Shown here: one piece after another, positions 25,136 through 31,951 of the stretch
Layout of the letters: each line of letters opens with the position of its first letter
How positions within the stretch are numbered: position 1 is the first letter of the stretch
Position numbers and translations under genes: made by a program
NCBI GenBank assembly: GCA_964493035.1
Contig: CAZBNQ010000002.1
Span: 1-31,951, forward strand
Source of the DNA: an uncultured Hyphomicrobiales bacterium
GTDB taxonomy: Bacteria; Bacteroidota; Ignavibacteria; Kapaibacteriales; UBA2268
Direction: 5' to 3'
Length of the DNA: 31,951 bases
Notes under the pieces: model-generated
What the model saw: only the letters and a program-made list of their open reading frames with translations
What the model was told of the DNA's origin: nothing
Database searches by the model: none

Positions 25136-25462
25136 TTATTCATAGAGAACTTTCTTTTTAGTAGCAACTGCGAATGCGTGTTCAGCTCTTGCACCTGGAG
25201 ACCACTCCCATCGTTTAAGCATCATAATAGCATCACAGTCTTTCAAGTTTTTTATATCATGAAATAGATATTCTTCATAAGTTGGAGTTCTACCTAATTC
25301 TTCCGACAGTTGATTACCGATAATGATCGGGTTTACAACGTCCCATATGGTTGAAAACCTTTTATGTGCTTCCATAAACATAGTTTCCGCTGCAGGGTTA
25401 TCAGCGATCATTCCAGATAAATATAATTTTGGTTTCGTGTCCATAAATTGTAAATCCTTCAT
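25136..25462 (-). CDS. DUF4406 family (nucleoside 2-deoxyribosyltransferase-like)
   Basis: LYLSGMI...VVNP...CDAIMMLKRWEWSPGARAEH. Confidence 0.85.
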   Translation of the reverse strand: MKDLQFMDTKPKLYLSGMIADNPAAETMFMEAHKRFSTIWDVVNPIIIGNQLSEELGRTPTYEEYLFHDIKNLKDCDAIMMLKRWEWSPGARAEHAFAVATKKKVLYE

Positions 25463-25463
25463 T

Positions 25464-25516
25464 AAAAAGAGCCGGGCAGGGTATTCATGTTATATTTATA
25501 CGGGGATTTGCCCGGC
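25464..25516 (-). terminator. Long-loop terminator-like hairpin after the SSB-like gene
   Basis: GCCGGGCA-30nt-TGCCCGGC followed by TCTTTTT. Confidence 0.4.
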
Positions 25517-25529
25517 TTAGATTATAAGA

Positions 25530-26207
25530 TTAAAAGTTTACTTCTGTAATAGAATCTTCTTCAACTTCAGTATCCTGAAGCGATGGGGTGTAGTGATTGA
25601 GTCTTGAGTTTATCTCTGCAACTCTTTCTTCTACCCATTCCATTCTTTTTGAGCTATCCAATAAAGGTTTCTTTGTTTTTGGATTTAAAACAGGTACAAT
25701 TTGTTTTGTTTTTGTATCAAGTCGCGTTACTGGTTCTAATTCGGGTATATCTTCAGCTTTATATTGTTTAGTCAGTTTGTTCCCATTAAATTTTACAGAA
25801 ACAAATGTTTTGTCTTGCCAGACATACGGCGTTAATCTAATTGTTCCAACACCTGGATTAGGCAAGGATGACAAACTATTTACAAAGCCTTGGAATGAAG
25901 AACTTTCATAAGATGATGTCCAAACATATGTTTTGTCATTGTCATCTTTAAATTTAACATTCCATTGTTCAAAGCTTTCGTTGTTAAATGATACTTCCTT
26001 TTTTTCAATTGAGATTAATGTCCCTTCAAAAAATGAGAAGCATAATTCGATCATAGGTTTGCCAGCTTTTGTATCATATTCAAGCCGTTTTGTGGCATTC
26101 GACACCATATCAAAATGGTCATCCTCGTTATCTTTTGCGATAGAAACAACTATAGCACCTTCTTTGATCTTCATATATGTGCTTGGTGAATAACTTCCAA
26201 ATCCCAT
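25530..26207 (-). CDS. Putative ssDNA-binding/annealing protein
   Basis: Beta-rich core; acidic tail ending in an aromatic residue (DTEVEEDSITEVNF); position in the recombination module. Confidence 0.5.
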   Translation of the reverse strand: MGFGSYSPSTYMKIKEGAIVVSIAKDNEDDHFDMVSNATKRLEYDTKAGKPMIELCFSFFEGTLISIEKKEVSFNNESFEQWNVKFKDDNDKTYVWTSSYESSSFQGFVNSLSSLPNPGVGTIRLTPYVWQDKTFVSVKFNGNKLTKQYKAEDIPELEPVTRLDTKTKQIVPVLNPKTKKPLLDSSKRMEWVEERVAEINSRLNHYTPSLQDTEVEEDSITEVNF

Positions 26208-26218
26208 GATATATCTCC

Positions 26219-26908
26219 TTATCTTAAGTTTAATGAATCTTTTTGGAATATTTTAATACCTGGTATCTCTCTGACACCTGCCGAAATTGCAGCTTTTACT
26301 GATGCTTCATTTAATTGAAGATGTTCGAATGGAACTTTGCTTAAATCCTCAACTTCGAAGGTCCAAATTTTACGGATACCTGATGGTGTCGGAGCATTTG
26401 TGACTGCTTTTTGTATTGCAGCTTCTTGCATTTTCATTGATTCAACAGCTAAAACATCTTCTTCAGATACTTCTTTATTATTTTTTACTGCTTCAGCTAA
26501 TTCCGCTTCTTTTTCTAAACGAATCCTTTCTTGCTCGGCCAAGATTGCTGCTTGCTTCTTGCGTTCTTCTTCTGCTTTTTGCATTTGAATTTGTTTGTAC
26601 TTCAAAATTTGATCTCTCAAATCTTTAATACCGCTATTTAATTCACTAAGAAGAGTTTTAGCATATTCATCGATTTTTGCTTTTGCATCAACATAAGGTT
26701 TGCCGGCTTCTTTGCGTTTTTCATCGATTAATTTTTCTAATTTTTTTGATTGTTTTGCAAGCTCTTCAGCAGTTGCCAAAGTTGAGTCATCCACAACAAC
26801 AAAGTTTTTGCATTGTGAAGCAAGATTGTTGATTTGAGTTTTAGCTGTGATGAATGGTTTCAATTCGTTTAAACCTACAGCTGGAGCGTTATTTATTTGT
26901 TCGGACAT
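26219..26908 (-). CDS. Gp157/Gam-like coiled-coil recombination-module protein
   Basis: Long helices, then WTFEVEDLSKVP...VKAAISAGVREIPGIKIFQ. Confidence 0.6.
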   Translation of the reverse strand: MSEQINNAPAVGLNELKPFITAKTQINNLASQCKNFVVVDDSTLATAEELAKQSKKLEKLIDEKRKEAGKPYVDAKAKIDEYAKTLLSELNSGIKDLRDQILKYKQIQMQKAEEERKKQAAILAEQERIRLEKEAELAEAVKNNKEVSEEDVLAVESMKMQEAAIQKAVTNAPTPSGIRKIWTFEVEDLSKVPFEHLQLNEASVKAAISAGVREIPGIKIFQKDSLNLR

Positions 26909-26925
26909 TATATTTAGCCTTTATA

Positions 26926-28059
26926 TTATTGGAAAAGATTATTAATTGCATCTAATGATTTTTGAGCCTCTTGTGGTAAGATTACTTCTTCTATTGGCTC
27001 TAAAGTGATTACATCTTTGATTAATTCTTGTGATGTTTCTTCCATGTTTTCTTCATTTATAGGTTCTTGGCTTGGGATGTTAAGAACATCAATTGCAGCT
27101 TTTTTGACTCCATGAATACGCAGATGTCTTTCTTCAAATGTTTCTAATTTGAGGTTATTATCTGCTGAATATCCGAGATATATTTTACCGGAAATGGTAA
27201 CATATTTTTTCTTGTCAAAATCGATGTTTTCTTCTTCCATCTTGAAAAGTTTGATATATTCAGGTACTTTTTTACGTTCGATTGAATTAGTTTGATTTTT
27301 AAGATTATAGTCAGGTGTAGTTGTCCATTCTTTTGGCGACCAATTGTATAAGGCATCAATCCCGATATGTGGCAAATAGTCATTCCATAACATCTTATAA
27401 AGATGCAATTGAGCTTCATTATTTGGATAGAATCCATGTCTACCGGATTTGATATCAATAATAGCAATTACTCTTTTGACTGTTTTATTCTTGATGTCTT
27501 TTTGTATTATTGTACCATTAATACCAGTTCCCATATCCATCTCAACTACTAAGTCAAGTTCGCCTGCAATGCCGTGTTTTTTTGAGAATATCATCAGTCC
27601 TGCAGCAATAATTTTCAGATTATAATCATTGGCAAACTGGTGGAAAGCAAGCAAATCTTTCTTTAGTTCATATTCCCAAAAGTCTGTTTTATATGTTATC
27701 TTTTTGGTCCTAATGAACGTATCAATTCTTGCATCAAGAGTATCAAAATCGAACTCTCTATCTACGATATAATCAGTACAACAGATGTGGAGTAAAGTTC
27801 CGTAATCTGCTTTTTGTTTAGCAATTTCGTTTGCACGTTTAATTCCGTGTTCTGCTTGCCATTTAATAAGATATTCAGGTGTTGGCATCATTTTGCCAAT
27901 GATGGTCGTTACAGATGGATATCTTAAAATTTTAAGTGTGTCTGGATCAATTGAGTAATAATATCTACTACTCCCAAAATTTGAGCGATATACCGGTTGG
28001 GGTGGTTTTGTCAGCAATTCCCCGTCATAATACATAGGCTCTATAAATTTATCTTCCAT
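26926..28059 (-). CDS. PD-(D/E)XK exonuclease (YqaJ/lambda-exo/Cas4-like)
   Basis: YPSVTTII, GTLLH, AGELDLV, IIDIKSG, QLHLY. Confidence 0.85.
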   Translation of the reverse strand: MEDKFIEPMYYDGELLTKPPQPVYRSNFGSSRYYYSIDPDTLKILRYPSVTTIIGKMMPTPEYLIKWQAEHGIKRANEIAKQKADYGTLLHICCTDYIVDREFDFDTLDARIDTFIRTKKITYKTDFWEYELKKDLLAFHQFANDYNLKIIAAGLMIFSKKHGIAGELDLVVEMDMGTGINGTIIQKDIKNKTVKRVIAIIDIKSGRHGFYPNNEAQLHLYKMLWNDYLPHIGIDALYNWSPKEWTTTPDYNLKNQTNSIERKKVPEYIKLFKMEEENIDFDKKKYVTISGKIYLGYSADNNLKLETFEERHLRIHGVKKAAIDVLNIPSQEPINEENMEETSQELIKDVITLEPIEEVILPQEAQKSLDAINNLFQ

Positions 28060-28154
28060 TGAAATAATCCTTTTAAAGTTTGAACAATAATGAATAAGAA
28101 TCCGATAATAATCAGTGCAGCAAATAAGCTTTTAAATTTTTCTGCTGTAGACAT
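28041..28154 (-). CDS. 37-aa single-TM peptide (not in the ORF track)
   Basis: SD AAAGGA; MSTAEKFKSLFAALIIIGFLFIIVQTLKGLFQWKINL*. Confidence 0.55.
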   Translation of the reverse strand: MSTAEKFKSLFAALIIIGFLFIIVQTLKGLFQWKINL

Positions 28155-28159
28155 ATGGA

Positions 28160-28420
28160 TCATCCTTTGCTAATCTGTTCTAGTTCTTTGTGAAATTTTG
28201 TGAGTTTTACAGTTAATACCTGGCTGACAACGATTTTGCATCGTTTATTTATTTCTGCCAATTCATCAGTAAGTCTGAGTTCAGTCAGAGCAGTTGTTAA
28301 ATCAACATTAACAACATCATTATGTTGATAGAAATCAATTGTTTCTGTCAATTCATTGATTGAACGTGTCAATTCAACTCTTTGCTGTGCCTTGGAAAAA
28401 TTTTGATTTGCCATATGCAA
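28160..28420 (-). CDS. Hypothetical protein
   Basis: SD GGAGG; in operon. Confidence 0.7.
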   Translation of the reverse strand: MHMANQNFSKAQQRVELTRSINELTETIDFYQHNDVVNVDLTTALTELRLTDELAEINKRCKIVVSQVLTVKLTKFHKELEQISKG

Positions 28421-28503
28421 ATTCCTCCGTAATTTTGTAAGTTAATTATTTTAACATGCCCTCGCCGAAGAGTCAAAAAATAGGCTTGGGCATTTTTATT
28501 TAG

Positions 28504-28627
28504 TAGCACGGGCAGGATTCGAACCTGCATTGCGATTTAGAGTGTACGCTAGCTTTTCACGATTTATTTTTAGACTCTATTCGCAAAGTGTCGCACACTT
28601 TTGCGTCTGCCATTCCGCCACCGTGCT
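28504..28627 (-). tRNA. tRNA-like RNA (124 nt) with class-II-type D arm, GCG at the anticodon position and a 56-nt variable region; 3' end reads CTA
   Basis: Acceptor AGCACGG/CCGTGCT, D arm GCG-GAATGGCAGA-CGC, stem AAAGT/ACTTT with loop GTGCGAC, T arm GCAGG-TTCGAAT-CCTGC. Confidence 0.7.
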
Positions 28628-28635
28628 TAATTCTA

Positions 28636-28911
28636 CTAATCTACATAATCAGAAATTGGGCTTGATGTGCAATCTTCCAGTAATTCTGCATTGTTATTTT
28701 TAATAATTGCAGTATAATGTGGATGATACAATTTTGGATTATTCAAGTGCTTGATCAAATCACGAGCGACATTGAAAAAAGTAGCATTTTCAATAATACT
28801 ATTGATTTTTTCAATCAATACTTCTGAATCTACATTTAATGCCACCTCTTGTTTAATCATTTCTGATAAACTCATACCGTTATCTGGATATTTTTCTTCC
28901 ATTTTCTTCAC
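28636..28911 (-). CDS. Hypothetical protein
   Basis: In-operon ORF. Confidence 0.65.
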   Translation of the reverse strand: MKKMEEKYPDNGMSLSEMIKQEVALNVDSEVLIEKINSIIENATFFNVARDLIKHLNNPKLYHPHYTAIIKNNNAELLEDCTSSPISDYVD

Positions 28912-28943
28912 CTTAAAAAATATGTTTAAAAAAAATAAAACCT

Positions 28944-29159
28944 TTACCTTACTCTTGTCAACCGTTTTAATCTTTCGGTTCTGGCATGTGATTCCATATG
29001 AATTTTTTTAACAAAATCATCAACATCTTTTTCAGTAGTTAAATATTTATTGCAAATTTTTTCGCTTGGTATTCTGCCTGATGCCATCATATCTCTAACA
29101 GCGTTAATACCAAAGACGCCATTTAATTTTTGATGAACTTGTTTAACACCGAGTAACAT
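28944..29159 (-). CDS. Excisionase-like (MerR/HTH_17-type) DNA-binding protein
   Basis: LLGVKQV...AVRDMMASGRIPSEKICNKYLTTEKDVDDF. Confidence 0.65.
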   Translation of the reverse strand: MLLGVKQVHQKLNGVFGINAVRDMMASGRIPSEKICNKYLTTEKDVDDFVKKIHMESHARTERLKRLTRVR

Positions 29160-29174
29160 TAATTTCTCTCCTTT

Positions 29175-29522
29175 TTAAAGAATCTTTGTTTTAAAAGTTT
29201 GATTTTCACTTAAATCTATATTAATAAGTGCCTTTTCTATTGATTCTTGAGTAAAGTAAACTTTCTTCCCGAGCTTTTTTTGAGCGATTTTGCCTGATTT
29301 TACCCATTTATAAAGAGTAGATAAGTTTACTTGTAGCATTTCTGCAGCTTCAAGTCGAGTAAGTAATTTGTGTTCATCTTTAATTTGAGGAACATTTATT
29401 TTTCTTTCTATGTCAGTTATTTTATTGATAATGAAATCCAATTTACTTTCAAGTGAAGGTAAACTAATTGAAATTGAATTTGACATATTATTCTCCATGA
29501 TTATCTTCTCTTTAATGTTCAA
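29175..29522 (-). CDS. Excisionase-like HTH_17 protein
   Basis: LLTRLEAAEMLQVNLSTLYKWVKSGKI...KVYFTQESI. Confidence 0.8.
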   Translation of the reverse strand: MNIKEKIIMENNMSNSISISLPSLESKLDFIINKITDIERKINVPQIKDEHKLLTRLEAAEMLQVNLSTLYKWVKSGKIAQKKLGKKVYFTQESIEKALINIDLSENQTFKTKIL

Positions 29523-29771
29523 TTAGTTGTTTATAATTTTATTTGTGTTAGCCATTGAGCAACATTCATATTTTGCTTTAAATTCTTCTATTCTAATCAT
29601 ATTTTTTTGGAAAGAAATTTCAGCATCATAAGACCCGAGAATGTTCCATTTGAGATCTTCTAATGCGGTCTTTTGGTCATCGTTTAGGATGATATCTGAT
29701 AGCCATTCAGTAATCACAGCGATTTTGGATTCAGCTCTTTTTCTTTTATTTTCTAATTCATTTAGTGTCAT
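29523..29771 (-). CDS. Hypothetical protein
   Basis: In-operon helical ORF. Confidence 0.65.
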   Translation of the reverse strand: MTLNELENKRKRAESKIAVITEWLSDIILNDDQKTALEDLKWNILGSYDAEISFQKNMIRIEEFKAKYECCSMANTNKIINN

Positions 29772-29776
29772 CTTAA

Positions 29777-30088
29777 TTACTCCGCGTTTATGAGTACTTG
29801 AAAGTTTTGGTTTTGCTCTTGCCTTATCACTTTATCTTTAACTTCAGCGATAAATTTTGCTCCTAGTACTGGATGCCCTGTTTTATCAATCATTTTGTCT
29901 TTTAATTGATTAATCATATAGTCTGCAGTTTCGTCCCATATATCAGGATGCACATTCATAACTACATGATCCACCACAAAATCGATCATTTTAACAACAT
30001 CACGAGGAATCATTGTAGGTTCTTCTTGTTTGTTAAAATATTTATCAAATATTGTTTGCTTTTTCATGGATTTACCCTTATATTGCAA
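29777..30088 (-). CDS. Hypothetical protein
   Basis: In-operon ORF; start may be the second Met. Confidence 0.65.
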   Translation of the reverse strand: MQYKGKSMKKQTIFDKYFNKQEEPTMIPRDVVKMIDFVVDHVVMNVHPDIWDETADYMINQLKDKMIDKTGHPVLGAKFIAEVKDKVIRQEQNQNFQVLINAE

Positions 30089-30101
30089 TTGTCTTTAATG
30101 C

Positions 30102-30137
30102 AGCTCCTTTCGGGTTCCAGCCCTGGGAGCTTTTTTT
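30102..30137 (+). terminator. Plus-strand terminator-like hairpin inside the minus-strand operon
   Basis: AGCTCC...GGAGCT followed by T7 on the plus strand only. Confidence 0.4.
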
Positions 30138-30342
30138 AATTATTTTTTTCTAAAAATTCTGCTTCATAAATCGATTTTATCAAGCCCCTAATTACGCCTG
30201 CATTTGTAATCTTACTAGGCAATTCTTCCTTGATTTTTCTAAACATAGCAGCATGTTCTTTATCAAGTTCAATTACCAATTTTTTCTCCGCTCTTGGAGA
30301 TTTTGAATATTTTTTCATCTTTTCAATTATCTTGGATGTCAT
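30136..30342 (-). CDS. Ribbon-helix-helix-like small regulator
   Basis: KLVIELDKEHAAMFRKIKEE...TNAGVIRGLI (beta-helix-helix pattern). Confidence 0.55.
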   Translation of the reverse strand: MTSKIIEKMKKYSKSPRAEKKLVIELDKEHAAMFRKIKEELPSKITNAGVIRGLIKSIYEAEFLEKNN

Positions 30343-30365
30343 ATCATTGCGCCTTAGCTATTATA

Positions 30366-30437
30366 TTTGTAAATAAATTTTGTTAATTTTTTTTGTTAAA
30401 AAGTTTTATAAAAATTTTTGTTAAAAAATTTGTAAAA
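30366..30437. repeat. Five TTTGTWAA copies upstream of the RHH-like gene (operator-like)
   Basis: tttgtaaa 30366, ttttgttaa 30378/30391/30416, tttgtaaa 30429; TATAAT on the minus strand at 30360-30365. Confidence 0.5.
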
Positions 30438-30462
30438 TTGTTTTATAGTTTATATTTTTGAT

Positions 30463-30717
30463 TTATGGAGTTAATAAGTTCATGTTAGTTTGTTGATTTA
30501 GGTACTGAAGAAATTGGTTTTGGTCCTGTGAATGAACGTTTAGAGCAACTGTAAGGCAATTCTTGATAGTAAGCGCATAGTTAGGTTCATTGTCTGCTGT
30601 AACGTACCCGAATTTTTTAGCGATTATTGATAATGGTTCTTTTAACTCGGGTGATACACCAAAGAATGTACGGCTTTTGCCAGCTGATTTATTTTGATTA
30701 TTGTTTTTGGTTTTCAT
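30463..30717 (-). CDS. Cro-position small regulator, RHH-like
   Basis: First gene divergent from the repressor; RTFFGVSPELKEPLSIIAKK...YALTIKNCL. Confidence 0.55.
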   Translation of the reverse strand: MKTKNNNQNKSAGKSRTFFGVSPELKEPLSIIAKKFGYVTADNEPNYALTIKNCLTVALNVHSQDQNQFLQYLNQQTNMNLLTP

Positions 30718-30774
30718 TGTTTCCCTTCTCCGTTTGTTAAAACATGTTGTAATATGTTTTATAATGTTTGAAAT

Positions 30775-30860
30775 AATTACAAATGTAATTTAACAGAAAT
30801 TTTTGTTTATTACAAGAAATTTTTGTTTTATTTTTGTTATTTTTGGCATTTTTTTGTTTT
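30775..30860. promoter_or_regulatory. Immunity/switch region: palindrome, direct repeats and phased T-tracts
   Basis: AATTAC-AAAT-GTAATT at 30775-30790; AGAAATTTTTGTTT at 30795 and 30815; TTTTG with G at 30805, 30825, 30836, 30845, 30856. Confidence 0.55.
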
Positions 30861-30887
30861 TTAATAAATATTTCATACTGGATTAAT

Positions 30888-31544
30888 ATGAGTGACGAGT
30901 ATAAAAGATTAAATGAAGTAGCAAAAAAGTATTTTGAGAATCTAGGTGTTTTAGCCATCAAAATTGGTAAAACACAGGGCTATTTTTATTCTTATAAAAA
31001 TACTTCCAATTTTGGTAGACAATTATTAGATGAATTGCGAATAAAAGCGAATATAAATCCTGATTTTATTATGACAGGCAATGGTAATATGTTAATTTCG
31101 GACCAAGATATTTCTATCAAAGAAACAGAACACAAAGGTGTACCATTTTACCCAATTGATGTCACAGCTTCATTTGTTAGAAGTTTTGATGATATTCAAG
31201 CAGTACCGGATTTTTACGTGGATTTTAAACCACTAAATGATTGTACTGCATATTTTACTGTTGTAGGAGACTCTATGTATCCTAAATATTCACCTGGAGA
31301 AATAATTGCTATAAAAAAAATTGTTAACCATGATTATATTCAATGGGGTGAAGCTTATCTTGTCATTACTACTGAAGAAGCAAATAGCATGAGAACTATA
31401 AAGTTGGTACATAAACACAAAGATAGAAGATTTATTATTCTCAGATCTGCTAATCCTCAATACAAAGGTGATATGGAAGTAGCAAAAGAACATATATTAG
31501 AAATGTTTATTGTAAAAGGGCGTGTAAAGCTCGAAAATTTATAA
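30888..31544 (+). CDS. cI/LexA-like repressor with an S24 autopeptidase domain
   Basis: N-terminal HTH, INPDFIMTGNG linker, VVGDSMYPKY (catalytic Ser), RTIKLV (Lys), LRSANPQY; start at MSDEYK. Confidence 0.9.
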   Translation: MSDEYKRLNEVAKKYFENLGVLAIKIGKTQGYFYSYKNTSNFGRQLLDELRIKANINPDFIMTGNGNMLISDQDISIKETEHKGVPFYPIDVTASFVRSFDDIQAVPDFYVDFKPLNDCTAYFTVVGDSMYPKYSPGEIIAIKKIVNHDYIQWGEAYLVITTEEANSMRTIKLVHKHKDRRFIILRSANPQYKGDMEVAKEHILEMFIVKGRVKLENL

Positions 31545-31565
31545 ATCTCAAATTTTGGAGGAATT

Positions 31566-31951
31566 ATGATAGTTATTATCCTTGGTTTAATTGTTGCTTT
31601 GATTATAGTTCTTAGGAAAAATTCTAAAAACTACAATAATAGTTTGCAATATAAAAAAGAGAAAGAAAGCATTATAGCTGAGTTATCAGATCTGCAGTCC
31701 AAGTATTCTCAATTAGAGAAAGATTATGAATCATTAACTATAAAGTATAATGCGGCTATTGTAGATTATAAAGGTATTATCGATATTGAAGAGAGAATAA
31801 AAATATTGTCTCAAAAAGAAGATGAATTGAAAAATTCTTTAAGCGCTAGTATTAAAGAGTTATTAAAACAAGAAAAAGAACTTAATGAAACAATTAATAC
31901 ACTTCAAAAGAACAAAACCGAATTGGAAAAAACCATAGTTCATTATGAAGA
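31566..31951 (+). CDS. N-terminal TM + coiled-coil protein, partial (possibly DUF4041/T5orf172-type; not in the ORF track)
   Basis: SD GGAGG; MIVIILGLIVALIIVLRKNSKNY...; frame open to the window edge. Confidence 0.7.
   Translation, partial: MIVIILGLIVALIIVLRKNSKNYNNSLQYKKEKESIIAELSDLQSKYSQLEKDYESLTIKYNAAIVDYKGIIDIEERIKILSQKEDELKNSLSASIKELLKQEKELNETINTLQKNKTELEKTIVHYE

Larger units (their letters stand above)
1..31951. mobile_element. Temperate tailed phage/prophage (partial): Mu-like head/connector genes, primase-helicase replication, cI-like immunity region
   Basis: Contiguous terminase, portal, protease, capsid, lysis, replication and repressor genes; no host housekeeping genes; no integrase or transposase within the window. 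Confidence 0.95.

Noticed and set aside
26926-28059. Cas4-like nuclease as evidence of a CRISPR system
   Set aside because: Context is a phage recombination module; no array or other cas genes
28455-28493. ATGCCC...GGGCAT stem downstream of the tRNA-like RNA as a separate ncRNA
   Set aside because: Only a short interrupted stem; cannot be distinguished from a processing or stability hairpin
30737-30961. 74-aa minus-strand ORF, and the 18-aa N-terminal extension of the repressor from 30834
   Set aside because: Low-complexity translations of the AT-rich operator region
618-31493. Numerous 60-125-aa antisense or out-of-frame ORFs in the track (e.g. 618+, 2694+, 6343+, 8749+, 11122-, 11425-, 21394+, 25597+, 26337+)
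   Set aside because: They lie wholly within well-supported genes, lack SD sites and have shadow-like composition
1-31951. Transposable (true Mu-like) phage
   Set aside because: No MuA/MuB genes in the window; replication is by primase-helicase with its own origin, and excisionase-like genes suggest site-specific integration
1-31951. Host assignment
   Set aside because: Lipoprotein signal and gene families hint at a diderm, possibly FCB-group host that uses SD sequences, but the sequence alone cannot establish this

Overview
The whole window is part of an AT-rich temperate tailed phage or prophage, and both ends are truncated. From left to right it contains four blocks. (1) A leftward late operon (7607->1): HK97-type prohead protease/scaffold, major capsid, DUF2190-like, Mu gp36/gp37-like connectors, a lysis block with heavily overlapping genes, and the start of a tail-fibre gene. 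(2) A divergent rightward packaging operon (7827->14281): ParB-methyltransferase, TerS, TerL, Mu gp29-like portal, Mu F-like and Mu G-like genes. A 12-bp-period array separates it from block 1. (3) A long leftward early region (30717->14278): RHH-like and excisionase-like regulators, a tRNA-like RNA, a recombination module, DUF4406, DUF5131, a nucleotidyltransferase, a DnaA-C-like protein, a primase/SF3 helicase with an adjacent iteron origin, an SF2 helicase, VRR-NUC, a Mor-like activator and an HTH-amidoligase/GGCT cassette. (4) A rightward S24 (cI/LexA-like) repressor and the start of a membrane coiled-coil gene. The most unusual observations are two identically built promoters 8.4 kb apart in front of the amidoligase and nucleotidyltransferase genes, a 124-nt tRNA-shaped RNA with a very long variable arm, an inverted-repeat-bounded 261-bp cassette carrying one small gene, the 12-bp dyad array between the late operons, and a possible leader-peptide attenuator. 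All family assignments come from motif recognition by eye; no database searches were run.
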